From assembly GCA_032718475.1 (NCBI GenBank), contig JAUCBJ010004994.1, forward strand, positions 1-35,310: DNA of 35,310 nt. The letters are read 5' to 3'. Under the pieces are notes generated by a model. The model ran no database searches, was not told the DNA's origin, and worked only from the letters and a program-made list of their open reading frames with translations. The position numbers were made by a program, and so were the translations under genes. Position 1 is the first letter of the stretch, and every line of letters starts with the position of its first letter. The stretch is from Nemertoderma westbladi (taxonomy: Eukaryota; Animalia; Xenacoelomorpha). This document shows positions 1 to 11,891 of this stretch, in pieces.

Positions 1-262
1 AGGCTTGGCGCTGAGGGTTGCTTGCGCTGGTATCCATAGCTATAATTTGTTGTAACTTAACCTTAACCATATTATACCTGAAGTGGGTCCTTCGCGCAGC
101 ACGTGATATAAACTTATGTAAGTGTAATCTTGAAAGAAAAATAAGCAAAATCTAAGCAGATGCCCTTGATCACTTTACACCGCCTAGAGCAAGGCTTGAA
201 AACTGCAGTCGATTTAACCCTTGTGCTCTCTTTGAGGTCATTTTTGACCCATCGAAGATTTA

Positions 263-1704
263 CTACTACTACTACTACTAGGTCGAGCGAACTCGGACAG
301 TGGAAATGAGATCCTTCCAGGCTTCCCGATTCTCCATAGTTGTCGCAATTTCGTTTCTCCTAAGTTCAGTATCCCTTTCAAGTTGATCTATATATGTTAT
401 GGCCGGTCGTCCACGACTACGCTTTCCATGAGTTGGTTGCCAGAAAAGTAGATCTGGTATGACCTCGTCTTTACTTCGCCAGCAGTGCCCACTGAATCTT
501 AATCTGCGTTCACGGAGGGTGGTTGATACAGGTGGTATTGTACCATAAAGCTCGGCGTTTGTCATGTGTTGTCTCCAGCTGATGTTTAGGGCTGCCCTTA
601 GTAGTCTTGTGCAGCAACCATCAATTCGTTGTTCAAGTGATTTAGTCAGTGTCCAGGTCTCACCCCCATATAAAAATACACTTTCCACTGTGGCTCGAAA
701 GAACTTAGTCTTCAGGTGCCTGGAGAGATCTGATTTCCAGATGGTATCCATTTTTGATAGAGCTACCCAAGCCTTTGCTTTCCTAACTTCTATGTCCTTT
801 TTGCTACTCTCTATCCATGATCCAAGGTACTGGAAGTCATCGACCTTCCTTAGTTGATTATTATCAATGGTTGTCAAGTTTCCATCAACATTAAAGGTCA
901 TGAATTCGGTCTTTGTAGCATTTATATGCAATCCAACCTCCTTAGCAGCCCTCTCCACCTTATTTAGTAGAAGCTGTGCATCTGCTAGGGTATTAGAGAG
1001 CAGGGCGATGTCATCCGCAAAGTCGGTGTCTGTGACTGTAGTTGCCGGATATCTACTACTTCTGCGTTCTTGAAGTGTGAATCCCAGGTCTTCACCCTTT
1101 GTGGCCGTCCTCATTGCGTAATCCAGCACAATTACAAATAGTAATGGTGCTAATGTGTCACCTTGCAGTACGCCAGCCAGGATTGAGAAAAACTCAGTTT
1201 CACCATCTGGTGAGAGTACCTGCGCTTCTGTGTCACAATATAACAATCCAATGCCAGCAACAATTACTTCTGGTATTCCATAAGCTCTTAGGATTTCAAG
1301 CATTTTACCTCTATGGATGGAGTCGAATGCCTTCTTGAAGTCCACAAAAGTCATGACAGCGGGGAGATTCTTTGACTTAATTCCTTCAATCAGTCTCCGT
1401 AGTGCAAGTATCTGAGCTATTGTTGATCTACTTGGTCGAAATCCGTTTTGGCTCTTACGCAAGTAGTTTCTCTATGTGAGGCCTAATCCTATATAGAATC
1501 ATTTTATTGTATATTTTGGCAGCTACCACAAGCAGACAGATCCCACGATAGTTTGTTGGTATGCCGAGGTCTCCTTTCTTGGGGAGAGGCTTTAGTTGAC
1601 CTTTAGTCCAAATTGGTGGTGGCTTTTCCCCTTTTAACATCCGATTGCAAACATTCAATAATGGTCTGTTTAGCACTCCGGTTTTCCATACCTCCGCTGG
1701 GATT
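263..1704 (-). mobile_element. 5'-truncated RTE-clade non-LTR retrotransposon (RT domain to 3' end)
   Basis: Minus-strand translation has RT motifs IPAEVWK, PTNYRGICLL, QNGFRPSRST, FVDFKKAFDSI, GVLQGDTLAPLLF, DFADDIAL, FQYLGSWI and the RTE C-terminal RRLRFSGHCWR/GKRSRGRP. It has a (TAG)n tail at about 261-281 and an 11-bp TSD tcgaagattta at 252-262 and 1705-1715. Confidence 0.93.
278..1703 (-). pseudogene. RTE reverse transcriptase coding remnant with one frameshift near 1463
   Basis: ORF 1455-1676 (..RPHIEKLL) joins ORF 278-1462 (LRKSQNGFR..) if 1 bp is removed. The endonuclease was lost by 5' truncation. Confidence 0.88.
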
Positions 1705-1938
1705 TCGAAGATTTAAACTTACACAATTTTATCACACATTGATATTTTATCTCGAAATTTTGTGACATTATTATTTGATAGTACTTCTCAATTAGAAAAA
1801 CAAAAATGTAAAAATTTGCAAGGGGGTCTATTCAATTTTACAATTTATAGGGGCCTACACATATTGACATTGAGGTCAAATTTCACCTCATCGTGTTTTG
1901 TACCTGTACCATTCAATATCAACGAAAAACTTTTTTTG

Positions 1939-2556
1939 AATTTCAACTCAGTTCGCAAATCAGATGTCATCAAATGGGCCCAAACTTAGATAGATACCAA
2001 AATTTTGATTTGGGGATGAAAGGAAATATTCCCAAATGCGCATGGCCAGTTCCCGCCCTTGGCACAAGTGAGTCATATTCCCCATTTTTGTGATGATCAA
2101 CCTCTAGTATTCGTACTGCATTGATATTATGCTCATTTAGAACCGCAATGACCGATTTAGTTGTTGTAGACACCTTCAAAACAAGCATTGAGCGAATAGT
2201 GTTTGAGATATTTGTCAGGTATTTGTCAATATCGCATCAAGGCGCTAATTTTGACTTGTGCCGGACTTCACATTATCTGCAATATCTCAAAAACTATTCG
2301 CTCTATGCTTGTTTTGAAGGTGTCTACACCAACTAAATCTGTCATTGCAGTTCTATTTAGCGTAAATATCAATGCAGTAGGAATAATAGAAGTTGATCAT
2401 CACAAAAATGGGGAATATGACTCACTTGCGCCAAGGACGGGAACAGGCCATGTGCCTGTGGGAATATTTCCTGTCATCCCCAAATCAAAATTTTGGTATC
2501 TATCGAAGTTTGGGCTCATTTTATGACATCTGATGTGCAAACTGAGTTTAAATTTT
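1939..2556. repeat. Long imperfect inverted repeat: arms about 275 bp (1939-2212 and 2281-2556), loop about 70 bp
   Basis: The arms are reverse complements, e.g. gatagataccaaaattttgatttggggatga / tcatccccaaatcaaaattttggtatctatc. ORFs 1970-2188(-) and 2203-2526(+) give near-identical peptides. Confidence 0.95.
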
Positions 2557-3708
2557 TAATTTGATTTTAAGTTTTTTTGGACCACCCCAACCCTCTAATT
2601 TACCTGAGGTCAAAATGGACCTCAAAGGAATTCATCTGTTTGAGAAACGAAGGGTTAAGACCTCAGAAAATGTTTAAATGGCACAGCTAATGGTCGAGTA
2701 CAATTCTGACAAGTTTCAGGTTAAACGGATTAAAAGCAAAGAAATGGGAGGACATTTAATGCTTAGACATGTAGCCATCTAGCGGGAGACTGTTGAACTG
2801 TTGGGGTCAAAAGTCGCTAAATAATGTCAAGTTTAGGACATATTTATGCCTCCAAATTTTCAATTCGACAGCTTTAAATCTGACAAAGTTATTTAATGTC
2901 AAAATAGTTACGTCAACAACTATTTGCCATTATTGACATTCTCCTTAACAGTGTCAATTCGCCTAGGCTCCGCCAACTTCGTGGCTCGCCCCACACACCT
3001 TTCAACAATATTGATTTTACTTTATGTACTAAATTAACTCTCACTTTTTTTATGCTCCCCAAATCCCAGTTATGGGTTTGCCCCCCCCCCCCCCCCCCCC
3101 CCAGATTTGGCCTCTGCCCCCCCAGATATTATGATCACCATACGGGCCTGGTGGCTAGACCTACAGGTTTCTACATAATTTAGTACATGTACTGCAGTAC
3201 TGTACTGCTCTACATTGGTACTAAGCATGACTGCATGGTGTATGGTTAGGTCTCTGTAGGCTGCATAGAAAAGAAAGGTAGTGTAAATTATAAAAAAAGG
3301 CAAAATGAAACTTGCATATATGAAATTGAATAAAACCATAAAATGAAGCACTCCATAAAAAAGGTAAAAAAGGAAATGAATTTCAATATGCAGAGGTGGC
3401 ATCCGGCCTAGCTGGATTCGCCATGTCTAGAAGTACAAAAATCAGGTGGTGCCAACCATTAACAAATAATGCCATCAAAACTTAATTTTCGGGAGTTGGC
3501 AGGTAGATTATTTGCTAATTAACTGGCATATTAAATTTTATTTGAAAATTATCAAATTTAGTTATTTTATTTCAAATCACACAATGTGAAACGAACACTT
3601 TAACTCAAGTCATATTATCGCAGTGGGGATATATCCAAAGCTAAAGGTAAGGAAGTAGAGAAACAGATAGTAGGTTGTATTTCCACCAATAATAACCCCA
3701 TTCGTATC

Positions 3709-4536
3709 ATGTACCACCTACCACTATGTCCTCAGTTATTACACACCAAATCTATTGGCGCCATAACAACAGAAATACTTGGATTACCCAAAGACCGACA
3801 ACAATTTCATACTATCGTGGTGGATGAGTTTGATAACCGGAAGAGAAATCCAAAGGTAATCAGTAAATCGATAGATATTTGGGTTGACACTGATCGTAGA
3901 AAAATTTACCGAGTGAAATTTGAAAATCAGAATGAAAGTCTCTTCTTTAGAATGAAAGTCGATCATTTAAGTCTCTACCGGAAACACCTTCAACAGGAAA
4001 TGTTTGCGTTGCCAGAAATTCCACCACCAGCTATAAATCTTGATGATAGGAGTAAGAACATTATTGGAAACCTTGAAAAGTGTATTAATGATAGAATGGA
4101 ACAAAATACACGAATCAGGCAGGAAGATTCGGCGATGCATATTCTAAATCAAACGGACATTTTTAATGAAATAATCAACGATATTGAGGATTCTAAAGAT
4201 CCGAAAGCGCAGCCAGATTTGGGATACAATGTGATTAAACATTATGTTCTAGATAAATATAAGCAGTTCAAATTAATGGTTAGATTCATAGCAAAGAATA
4301 TAGCGCATCTTTATATAGATATTAGAAATAATATAGCAGAAACAGGAAGTCAACATAATATAAAATGGAATAAAAAAAGGAAGCGTTGGGAAGAAATGTT
4401 AAAGAAATATATTAAGAAAATGTTAGTAAAAAATTGGACCAAAATGAATGTTCTATTCCTAGTGCTATTTCTGGAAGGATTATTGAGGCAAGAAGGATTA
4501 GTAGAAGGAACTCCTAGTTCATTCTATTTGAATTAA
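3709..4536 (+). CDS. Orphan ORF, 275 aa (frame open from 3604), unknown product
   Basis: A long, stop-free, non-repetitive frame in AT-rich DNA with a basic patch NKKRKRW. No family recognised. Confidence 0.45.
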   Translation: MYHLPLCPQLLHTKSIGAITTEILGLPKDRQQFHTIVVDEFDNRKRNPKVISKSIDIWVDTDRRKIYRVKFENQNESLFFRMKVDHLSLYRKHLQQEMFALPEIPPPAINLDDRSKNIIGNLEKCINDRMEQNTRIRQEDSAMHILNQTDIFNEIINDIEDSKDPKAQPDLGYNVIKHYVLDKYKQFKLMVRFIAKNIAHLYIDIRNNIAETGSQHNIKWNKKRKRWEEMLKKYIKKMLVKNWTKMNVLFLVLFLEGLLRQEGLVEGTPSSFYLN

Positions 4537-4822
4537 TCCTTCTACTATGTGTCCTGAGCAGTAGCAGAGCAAGGTTTTGATATTTTCTAGTGTTACAGAT
4601 GAAACTCCTATTTTCTAAATGAATCATTTGTTTGTGTATTAGTAAAGAACTTTATTAAAATTTCTCGCGTCTTTGTTTATACGCTAAAGTAAGTCTACTT
4701 AACTGAGCAGATTATCTTATTTTGTTTGCCTCAATTTTTGATCTTCTTTCGAGGCTATTAATTATTTAACTTATTAATTTAATTTAATTTAACTTATAAC
4801 TTATTTAAATGCAATCCATGTC

Positions 4823-5116
4823 GTGATTTTGCGACCCCCTTCACTACCGAAAGGGGGCGACTGCCCCCTTCTTGGTCCCCTTGCTCCGCCACAGACTCTG
4901 TATGATGCATTGGCATTGAGAATTGAACAAGAAGTGCAAAATATCGGGATGTGGACACCAGAGGTCAAGGCGACGATTAAGGAAAAACAAAGAAAGTGGA
5001 CAATCGATGATATCGGAAGACAAGGATTCTTCATTTCTCAGATGATGAAAGATAATTCAGAACAGATACTCAAATCAGACGTAGTCTGTAATTTTGTCAA
5101 AGAAATGATGTTGTAA
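4823..5116 (+). CDS. Possible small orphan ORF (97 aa)
   Basis: Protein-like composition on the same strand as the upstream ORF, but no ATG at the start and no recognisable motif. Confidence 0.25.
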   Translation: MILRPPSLPKGGDCPLLGPLAPPQTLYDALALRIEQEVQNIGMWTPEVKATIKEKQRKWTIDDIGRQGFFISQMMKDNSEQILKSDVVCNFVKEMML

Positions 5117-5161
5117 ATGGTTTCCGGAACTCCAACTTCCTATTTCAATTCGATGTAGTGA

Positions 5162-5251
5162 AACAACTACACACACACACCCAATATGTGGAACAACTAC
5201 ACACACACACCCAATATGTGGAACAACTACACACACACACCCAATATGTGG
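5162..5251. repeat. 30-bp tandem repeat x3
   Basis: aacaactacacacacacacccaatatgtgg is repeated three times. Confidence 0.95.
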
Positions 5252-5496
5252 AAAATTCAAACTCTTATATTTTATGACTTATTTTGATGTAATTCCCACC
5301 ATTCATATATTTTATATTATTAGAAACCGCAGGTTGCTTGTCTATTTTCTACAAAAAATACTTGATTCTTAAATAAATAAGCAGAAAATTGGATTAAAGT
5401 TATGCATTTTGGATGTTTGTATCCAAAACATAATTGATTAGATTAGAGTTGTGGTTGTGACCACAAAGCCAGATATGCGGCAGGCATGTGGGACTT

Positions 5497-6644
5497 ACCA
5501 GTGCGCTGGTACTTCACTTTCCATTCACTAATACGCAAGGTATCGCTGTGCCAGTACTTCACTTTCAGTTCACTAATACCCAAGATATCGCTGCGCTGGC
5601 ACTTCACTTTCAGTTCACTAGTACCCAAGGTATCCCTGTACCAGTACTTCACTTTCCGTTCACTAGTACCCAAGGTATCCCTGTACCGGTACTTCACTTT
5701 CAGTTCACTAGTACCCAAGGTATCGCAGTGCTGGTACTTCACTTTCCATTCACTAGTACCCAACGTATCCCTGTACCAGTACTTCACTTTCCGTTTACTA
5801 GTACCCAAGGTATCTCTGCACGGTACTTCACTTTCTGTTCACTATTACCCAAGGTATCGCTGCGCTGGTACTTCACTTTCTGTTCACTATTACCCAACAA
5901 CCAACAATTGAAACAACCAACTGTTTTGAATTTCCCCCTTACATCCGTATCACTGTACCTCATTGTATAAATCAGATTTGGTGATAGGGTGTAATAGTGC
6001 AATTTGAAATCCATTGTATCAACTATGTTATTATACTATTCTCTATTTCCCCATTACCCAAGGTATCACGGTGCTGGTACTTCACTTTCCGTTCACTAGT
6101 ACCCAAGGTATCCCTGTACCGGCACTTCACTTTCCGTTTACTAGTACCCAAGGTATCTCTGCACGGTACTTCACTTTCTGTTCACTATTACCCAAGGTAT
6201 CGCTGCGCTGGTACTTCACTTTCTGTTCACTATTACCCAAGGTATCGCTGCGCTGGTACTTCACTTTCTGTTCACTAGTACCCAAGGTATCGCTGCACCG
6301 GTACTTCACTTTCAGTTCACTAGTGCCCAAGGTATCACCTTTGCCGGTACTTCACTTTCCATTAACTAGTACCCAAGGTATCGCTGCACTGGTACTTCAC
6401 TTTCAGTTCACTATTACCCAAGGTATCGCTGCACCGGTACTTCACTTTCAGTTCACTAGTGCCCAAGGTATCACCTTTGCCGGTACTTCACTTTACATTC
6501 ACTAGTACCCAAGGTATCTCTGCACGGTACTTCACTTTCTGTTCACTATTACCCAAGGTATCGCTGTGCTGGTACTTCACTTTCTGTTCACTAGTACCCA
6601 AGGTATCGCTATGCCGGTACTTCACTTTCAGTTCACTATTACCC
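5497..6644. repeat. 45-bp satellite array, copy 1 (interrupted at 5898-6052)
   Basis: Unit approximately cccaaggtatcgctgcgctggtacttcactttcagttcactagta. The spurious ORFs show a matching 15-aa periodicity. Confidence 0.95.
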
Positions 6645-7166
6645 TGTAAGCGGATTCAATTCCCTTACATTACCCATCCGAAAATGGGATCAGTGGCATT
6701 TTACCAATATAGTTGCAGATACGAGATTACCAATAATAATCTCACCTCATAACCAACTCGGGGGGGGGGGGGGGGGCACAGGCCACAGAGAGAGGTAAGA
6801 GGTCAAACAACCTCAGAGGGAGAACACAGCTAGTTGAGGCTAGCAGCAGGGGGTAACACCTACAGGGAGTGCCAAAGTGACAATTATTATATAAGCCAAT
6901 AGCGGGCAGGGGAGCACGTGGGGAAAGATAGGAAAGCATCCATTGGGTAGCGAAGGCCAAAGTAGAGTAGAGGTGAAACCAATATGTATGTGTATCAATC
7001 ATATATTTACTCTGATTACTGGTTTACTGGTCAGTTCACTAATCACACAGCTAGAGACCGGCAATAGTTTCTACCATCACTTTATACACTGCTGTTATAA
7101 TTCTGTATTGCAATTCCTACCATCATTTGTTATACATACTGTGCTATTATCATTGGAACATTAACA
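6645..7166 (+). repeat. LTR copy 1 of the BEL/Pao element
   Basis: TGTAAGCGG...ATTAACA termini, highly similar to 10054-10584 and 17024-17537, with a TATA-like ttatataag inside. Confidence 0.9.
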
Positions 7167-9005
7167 AGGAGAAACACAAACTCAGATATTTTCCCGACGG
7201 CCTTCGGCCAAAGATACTAGTTCAGCAGCAAAGCAGCAAAGTGACACGTATAACCTAACCCAGTCGGGATCACTGAACGCAATCCCGTCACAGTAGAAAC
7301 TACCGACAACAACAGCTGTGACCACAATGAGAAAGATGAGTGAAAGACACCAGGCGCCCCGAGAATCAGAAGGAGAAAGACGCCGCCGCGGACCCCGGAC
7401 GACACTAACCAAACGATCCGAGAGGCTGCAACGAGACGATAACGGCTTGCCAGTCCGGATTCGCCAATGAGGGACGATCCGAATACCCAAGCGGAGAACG
7501 GCCGACAACAACGAGGAGGGAAAGACAACGACGAGTCGACGCGAGACAACGGACGAATGATGAATGCCGGATGAGGAGGGAAGGTAGAGTCAACGAGTGA
7601 TTGCCTGCGACGGGCGTACAACGCCACGAAGAAACTACTAAAAGAGGCTAAGGAGGGGAGAAATGTAGACCAGCCTAAACTATACCAGAGGCTAGGTGAG
7701 TCGAATAAACATTTTCGTTACTTAGTCCGTTTTGGACAGGGAGAACTGGCGAGTGAGAGAGCGAGGGGGGTCGCCACAGAACTGTTTGAATTGTGGCGGT
7801 CCGAGGTAAGGGAGCCAGATGTAGTGTACACAGGGCCTTACTTAGTGGATGCTAGGGGAATTAAGTTAGTGGGATGGGCGGACCTGCACGACGGCGAATC
7901 CGAGGTTAACCCCGAGGATTCGGTGTCATTGGTTAGTAGGAACCCCAGTAAACTGGTGAAAATTAGTAGGACAGAGGGGCGACGGGAGTCCGTCGCGACC
8001 GATAAGTCCGTTACATCATCCGCGAAAGCAAGACGGGTGATAGAGATAGATCTGGCGTGTCAACTAGACATTGTGGCGCTGGATCAAAAGGAACTGGAAA
8101 GGCAGTTAGATGAGGGAACTGCGTTGTTAGAGAGGGAGAGATAATTAGCAAGAGTGTAAAGGGAGGGCCGGGAAGGTGGCGAGAGATTATAGGGAGCGGG
8201 AGACAATTGAGGCTGAGAGAATTGAGAGAGAGGCAAACGAGTGCAAAGAGCGGGAGGCGAAGAAATTTGAGAGGATTGCGAGAGAGGCAGAGCTAGCCAA
8301 CCAGAGTATGAGGGAGGATAGAGAGAGAGAAAGGGCGGGCAAGTGCTTGCGGGACGAAAGGCATACCCTGTTGAGGGGGTTAATGCAATACCAAGCGAAA
8401 CAAATGCGCCGATTAGAACTAGAGCGAATTGGTTTATCGGAGAGTGAGGCTGGTTCGGGTAGTATTTATGAGGAACCAGATGTGATGGAAACCTTTGTTA
8501 ATACCCCACTTACAGATACCGCACGACAGACCCAAGACCGTATGGGGGGGGGGGGGGGTAATAACAATACGCTTGGTGAAGTTAATATTAATAGTACCGT
8601 AATAGATAACCTTAATCAAACCTTTCTTACAGGAAATAATATTTTACCCGGTAATAATAATCCTAATTTAAATGTGCAAAATAATTTAAATAATAATATA
8701 AATAACATCGAACAAAATAATTTAAATAATTTAAACAATAATTCAAATAATAATGTAATTAATAATGGAGTAGTAAACCAGGGCGAAATTATTAACGGTG
8801 CAATTAATACAAACGTAGGGGGAATAAGCGAGCCGGTCAATGAGAGCCTGCAAGGCCACGCAGTTGCACAGGGAGGAGCGGGGGTGAATAAACCCAACAA
8901 TGAGAGCCTGCAAGGCCACGCAGTTGTGCAGGGAGGAGCGGGGGTGAATAGACCCAACGAGGGTAGAGATAATGCGTCGACTAGAGGGGGCGAAGTAAGA
9001 TGTGA
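6645..9005 (+). mobile_element. 3'-truncated duplicate of the BEL/Pao element (5' LTR plus gag N-terminus)
   Basis: LTR followed by gag-like frames (PEDSVSLVS..SVTSSAKARR, an E/R coiled coil, an Asn-rich tract), ending at the duplication junction near 9005. Confidence 0.85.
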
Positions 9006-9039
9006 TGCCAGGCAGGCATGCGGCAGGCATGTGGGACTT

Positions 9040-10053
9040 ACCAGTGCGCTGGTACTACACTTTCCATTCACTAATACGCAAGGTATCGCTGTGCCAGTAG
9101 TTCACTTTCAGTTCACTAATACCCAAGATATCGCTGCGCTGGCACTTCACTTTCAGTTCACTAGTACCCAAGGTATCGCGGTGCTGGTACTTCACTTTCC
9201 ATTCACTAGTACCCAAGGTATCCCTGTACCGGTACTTCACTTTCCGTTTACTAGTACCCAAGGTATCTCTGCACGGTACTTCACTTTCTGTTCACTATTA
9301 CTCAAGGTATCGCTGCGCTGGTACTTCACTTTCTGTTCACTATTACCCAACAACCAACAATTGAAACAACCAACTGTTTTGAATTTACCCCTTACATCCG
9401 TATCACTGTACCTCATTGTATAAATCAGATTTGGTGATAGGGTGTAATAGTGTAATTTGAAATCCATTGTATCAACTATGTTATTATACTATTCTCTATT
9501 TCCCCATTACCCAAGGTATCACGGTGCTGGTACTTCACTTTCCGTTCACTAGTACCCAAGGTATCCCTGTACCGGTACTTCACTTTCCGTTTACTAGTAC
9601 CCAAGGTATCTCTGCATGGTACTTCACTTTCTGTTCACTATTAGCCAAGGTATCGCTGCGCTGGTACTTCACTTTCTGTTCACTATTACCCAAGGTATCG
9701 CTGCGCTGGTACTTCACTTTCTGTTCACTAGTACCCAAGGTATCGCTGCACCAGTACTTCACTTTCAGTTCACTAGTGCCCAAGGTATCACCTTTGCCGG
9801 TACTTCACTTTCCATTCACTAGTACCCAAGGTATCGCTGCACTGGTACTTCACTTTCAGTTCACTATTACCCAATGTATCGCTGCACCAGTACTTCACTT
9901 TCAGTTCACTAGTGCCCAAGGTATCACTTTTGCCGGTACTTCACTTTACATTCACTAGTACCCAAGGTATCGCTGTGCTGGTACTTCACTTTCTGTTCAC
10001 TAGTACCCAAGGTATCGCTATGCCGGTACTTCACTTTCAGTTCACTATTACCC
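9040..10053. repeat. 45-bp satellite array, copy 2
   Basis: Same unit and same 155-bp interruption as copy 1, with fewer units. Confidence 0.95.
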
Positions 10054-10584
10054 TGTAAGCGGATTCAATTCCCTTACATTACCCACCCGAAAATGGGACC
10101 AGTGGCATTTTACCAATATAGTTGCAGATACGAGATTACAAATAATAATCTCGCCTCATAACCAACTCGGGGGGGGGGGACACAGGCCACAGAGAGAGGT
10201 AAGAGGTCAAACCACCTCGGAGGGAGAACACAGTTAGTTGAGGCTAGCAGCAGGGGGTAACACCTACAGGGAGTGCCAAAGTGACAATTATTATATAAGC
10301 CAATAGCGGGCAGGGGAGCACGTGGGGAAAGATAGGAAAGCATCCATTGGGTAGCGAAGGCCAAAGTAGAATAGAGGTGAAACCAATATGTATGTGTATC
10401 AATCATATATTTACTCTGACTATGACTCTATATTTACTGGTTTTCTGGTCAGTTCACTAATCACACAGCTAGAGACCGGCAATAGTTTCTACCATCACTT
10501 TATACACTGCTGTTATAATTCTGTATTGCAATTCCAACCATCATTTGTTATACATACTGTGCTATTATCATTGGAACATTAACA
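10054..10584 (+). repeat. 5' LTR (copy 2)
   Basis: TGT...ACA termini, near-identical to 6645-7166. Confidence 0.9.
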
Positions 10585-11344
10585 AGGAGAAACACAAACT
10601 CAGATATTTTCCCGACAGCCTTCAGCCAAAGATACTAGTTCAGCAGCCCAGCAGCAAAGTGACACATATAACCTAACCCGGTCGGGATCACTGAACGCAA
10701 TCCCATCACAGTAGAAACTACCGACAACAACAGCTGTGACCACAATGAGAAAGATGAGTGAAAGACACCAGATGCCCCGAGAATCGGAAGGAGAAAGAAC
10801 GCCGCCGCGGACCCCGGACGACACTAACCAAACGATCCGAGAGGCTGCAACGAGACGATACCGGCCTGCCAGTCCGGATTCGCCAATGAGGGACGATCCG
10901 AATACCCAAGCGGAGAACGGCCGACAACAACAAGTAGGGAAAGACAATGGCCGGGAAAGTGGCGAGAGATTATAGGGAGTGAGAGACAATTGAGGCTGAG
11001 AGAATTGAGAGAGAGGCAAACGAGTGCAAAGAGCGGGAGGCAAAGAAAGTTGAGAGGATTGCGAGAGAGGCAGAGCTAGCCAACCAGAGTATGAGGGAGG
11101 ATAGAGAGAGAGAAAGGGCGGGCAAGTGCTTGCGGGACGAAAGGCATACCCTGTTGAGGGGGTTAATGCAATACCAAGCGAAACAAATGCGCCGGTTAGA
11201 ACTAGAGCGAATTGGTTTATCGGAGAGTGAGGCTGGTTCGGGTAGTATTTATGAGGAACCAGATGTGATGGAAACCTTTGTTAATACCCCACTTACAGAT
11301 ACCGCACGACAGACCCAAGACCGTACGGGGGGGGGGGGGGTAAT

Positions 11345-11447
11345 TTATTTATTTATTTATTTATTTATTTATAACAATAATACCAATAAACAAAAACAAA
11401 AAAAAACAAAAATAACAATACAAAAAAAATGCGCAAATTGTTATTGC
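11345..11447 (-). mobile_element. 103-bp retroposon 3'-tail insertion
   Basis: Absent from the duplicate near 8558. It has a (TAAA)n tail on the minus strand and a flanking duplication gtaat at 11340-11344 and 11448-11452. Confidence 0.7.
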
Positions 11448-11891
11448 GTAATAACAATACGCTTGGTGAAGTTAATATTAATAGTACCGTAATAGATAAC
11501 CTTAATCAAACCTTTCTCACAGGAAATAATATTTTACCCGGTAAAAATAATCCTAATTTAAATGTGCAAAATAATTTAAATAATAATATAAATAATATCG
11601 AACAAAATAATTTAAATAATTTAAACAATAATTCAAATAATAATGTAATTAATAACGGGGTAGTAAACCAGGGCGAAATTATTAACGGTGCAATTAATAC
11701 AAACATAGGGGGAATAAGCGAGCCGGTGAATGAGAGCCTGTAAGGCCACGCAGTTGCACAGGGAGGAGCGGGGGTGAATAAACCCAACAATGAGAGCCTG
11801 CAAGGCCACGCAGTTGTGCAGGGAGGAGCGGGGGTGAATAGACCCAATGAGGGTAGAGATAATGCGTCGACTAGAGGGGGCGAAGTAAGAT

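Larger units (their letters stand above)
218..2654. mobile_element. Non-autonomous piggyBac-type element (about 1 kb without the LINE insertion)
   Basis: TTAA at 214-217 and 2655-2658 flanks CCCTT...AAGGG termini. A subterminal inverted repeat (tttgaggtcatttttgacc / ggtcaaaatggacctcaaa) lies at different distances from the two ends, as in piggyBac. Confidence 0.8.
71..2994 (-). mobile_element. Helentron/HINE-like non-autonomous element hosting the piggyBac MITE
   Basis: The minus strand starts gtggggcgagccacgaagt (2994) and ends cgtgctgcgcgaaggacccac-n-tataat (about 103-71). The same two terminal motifs occur on + at 31471 and 32653-32686. The family call is an inference from short subterminal inverted repeats plus a 3' hairpin. 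Confidence 0.55.

Noticed and set aside
8176-9423. 415-aa ORF as a novel gene
   Set aside because: A gag fragment reading across the duplication junction into satellite.
5497-10053. 45-bp repeats as a CRISPR array
   Set aside because: Head-to-tail units with no unique spacers, no cas genes, and a eukaryotic context.
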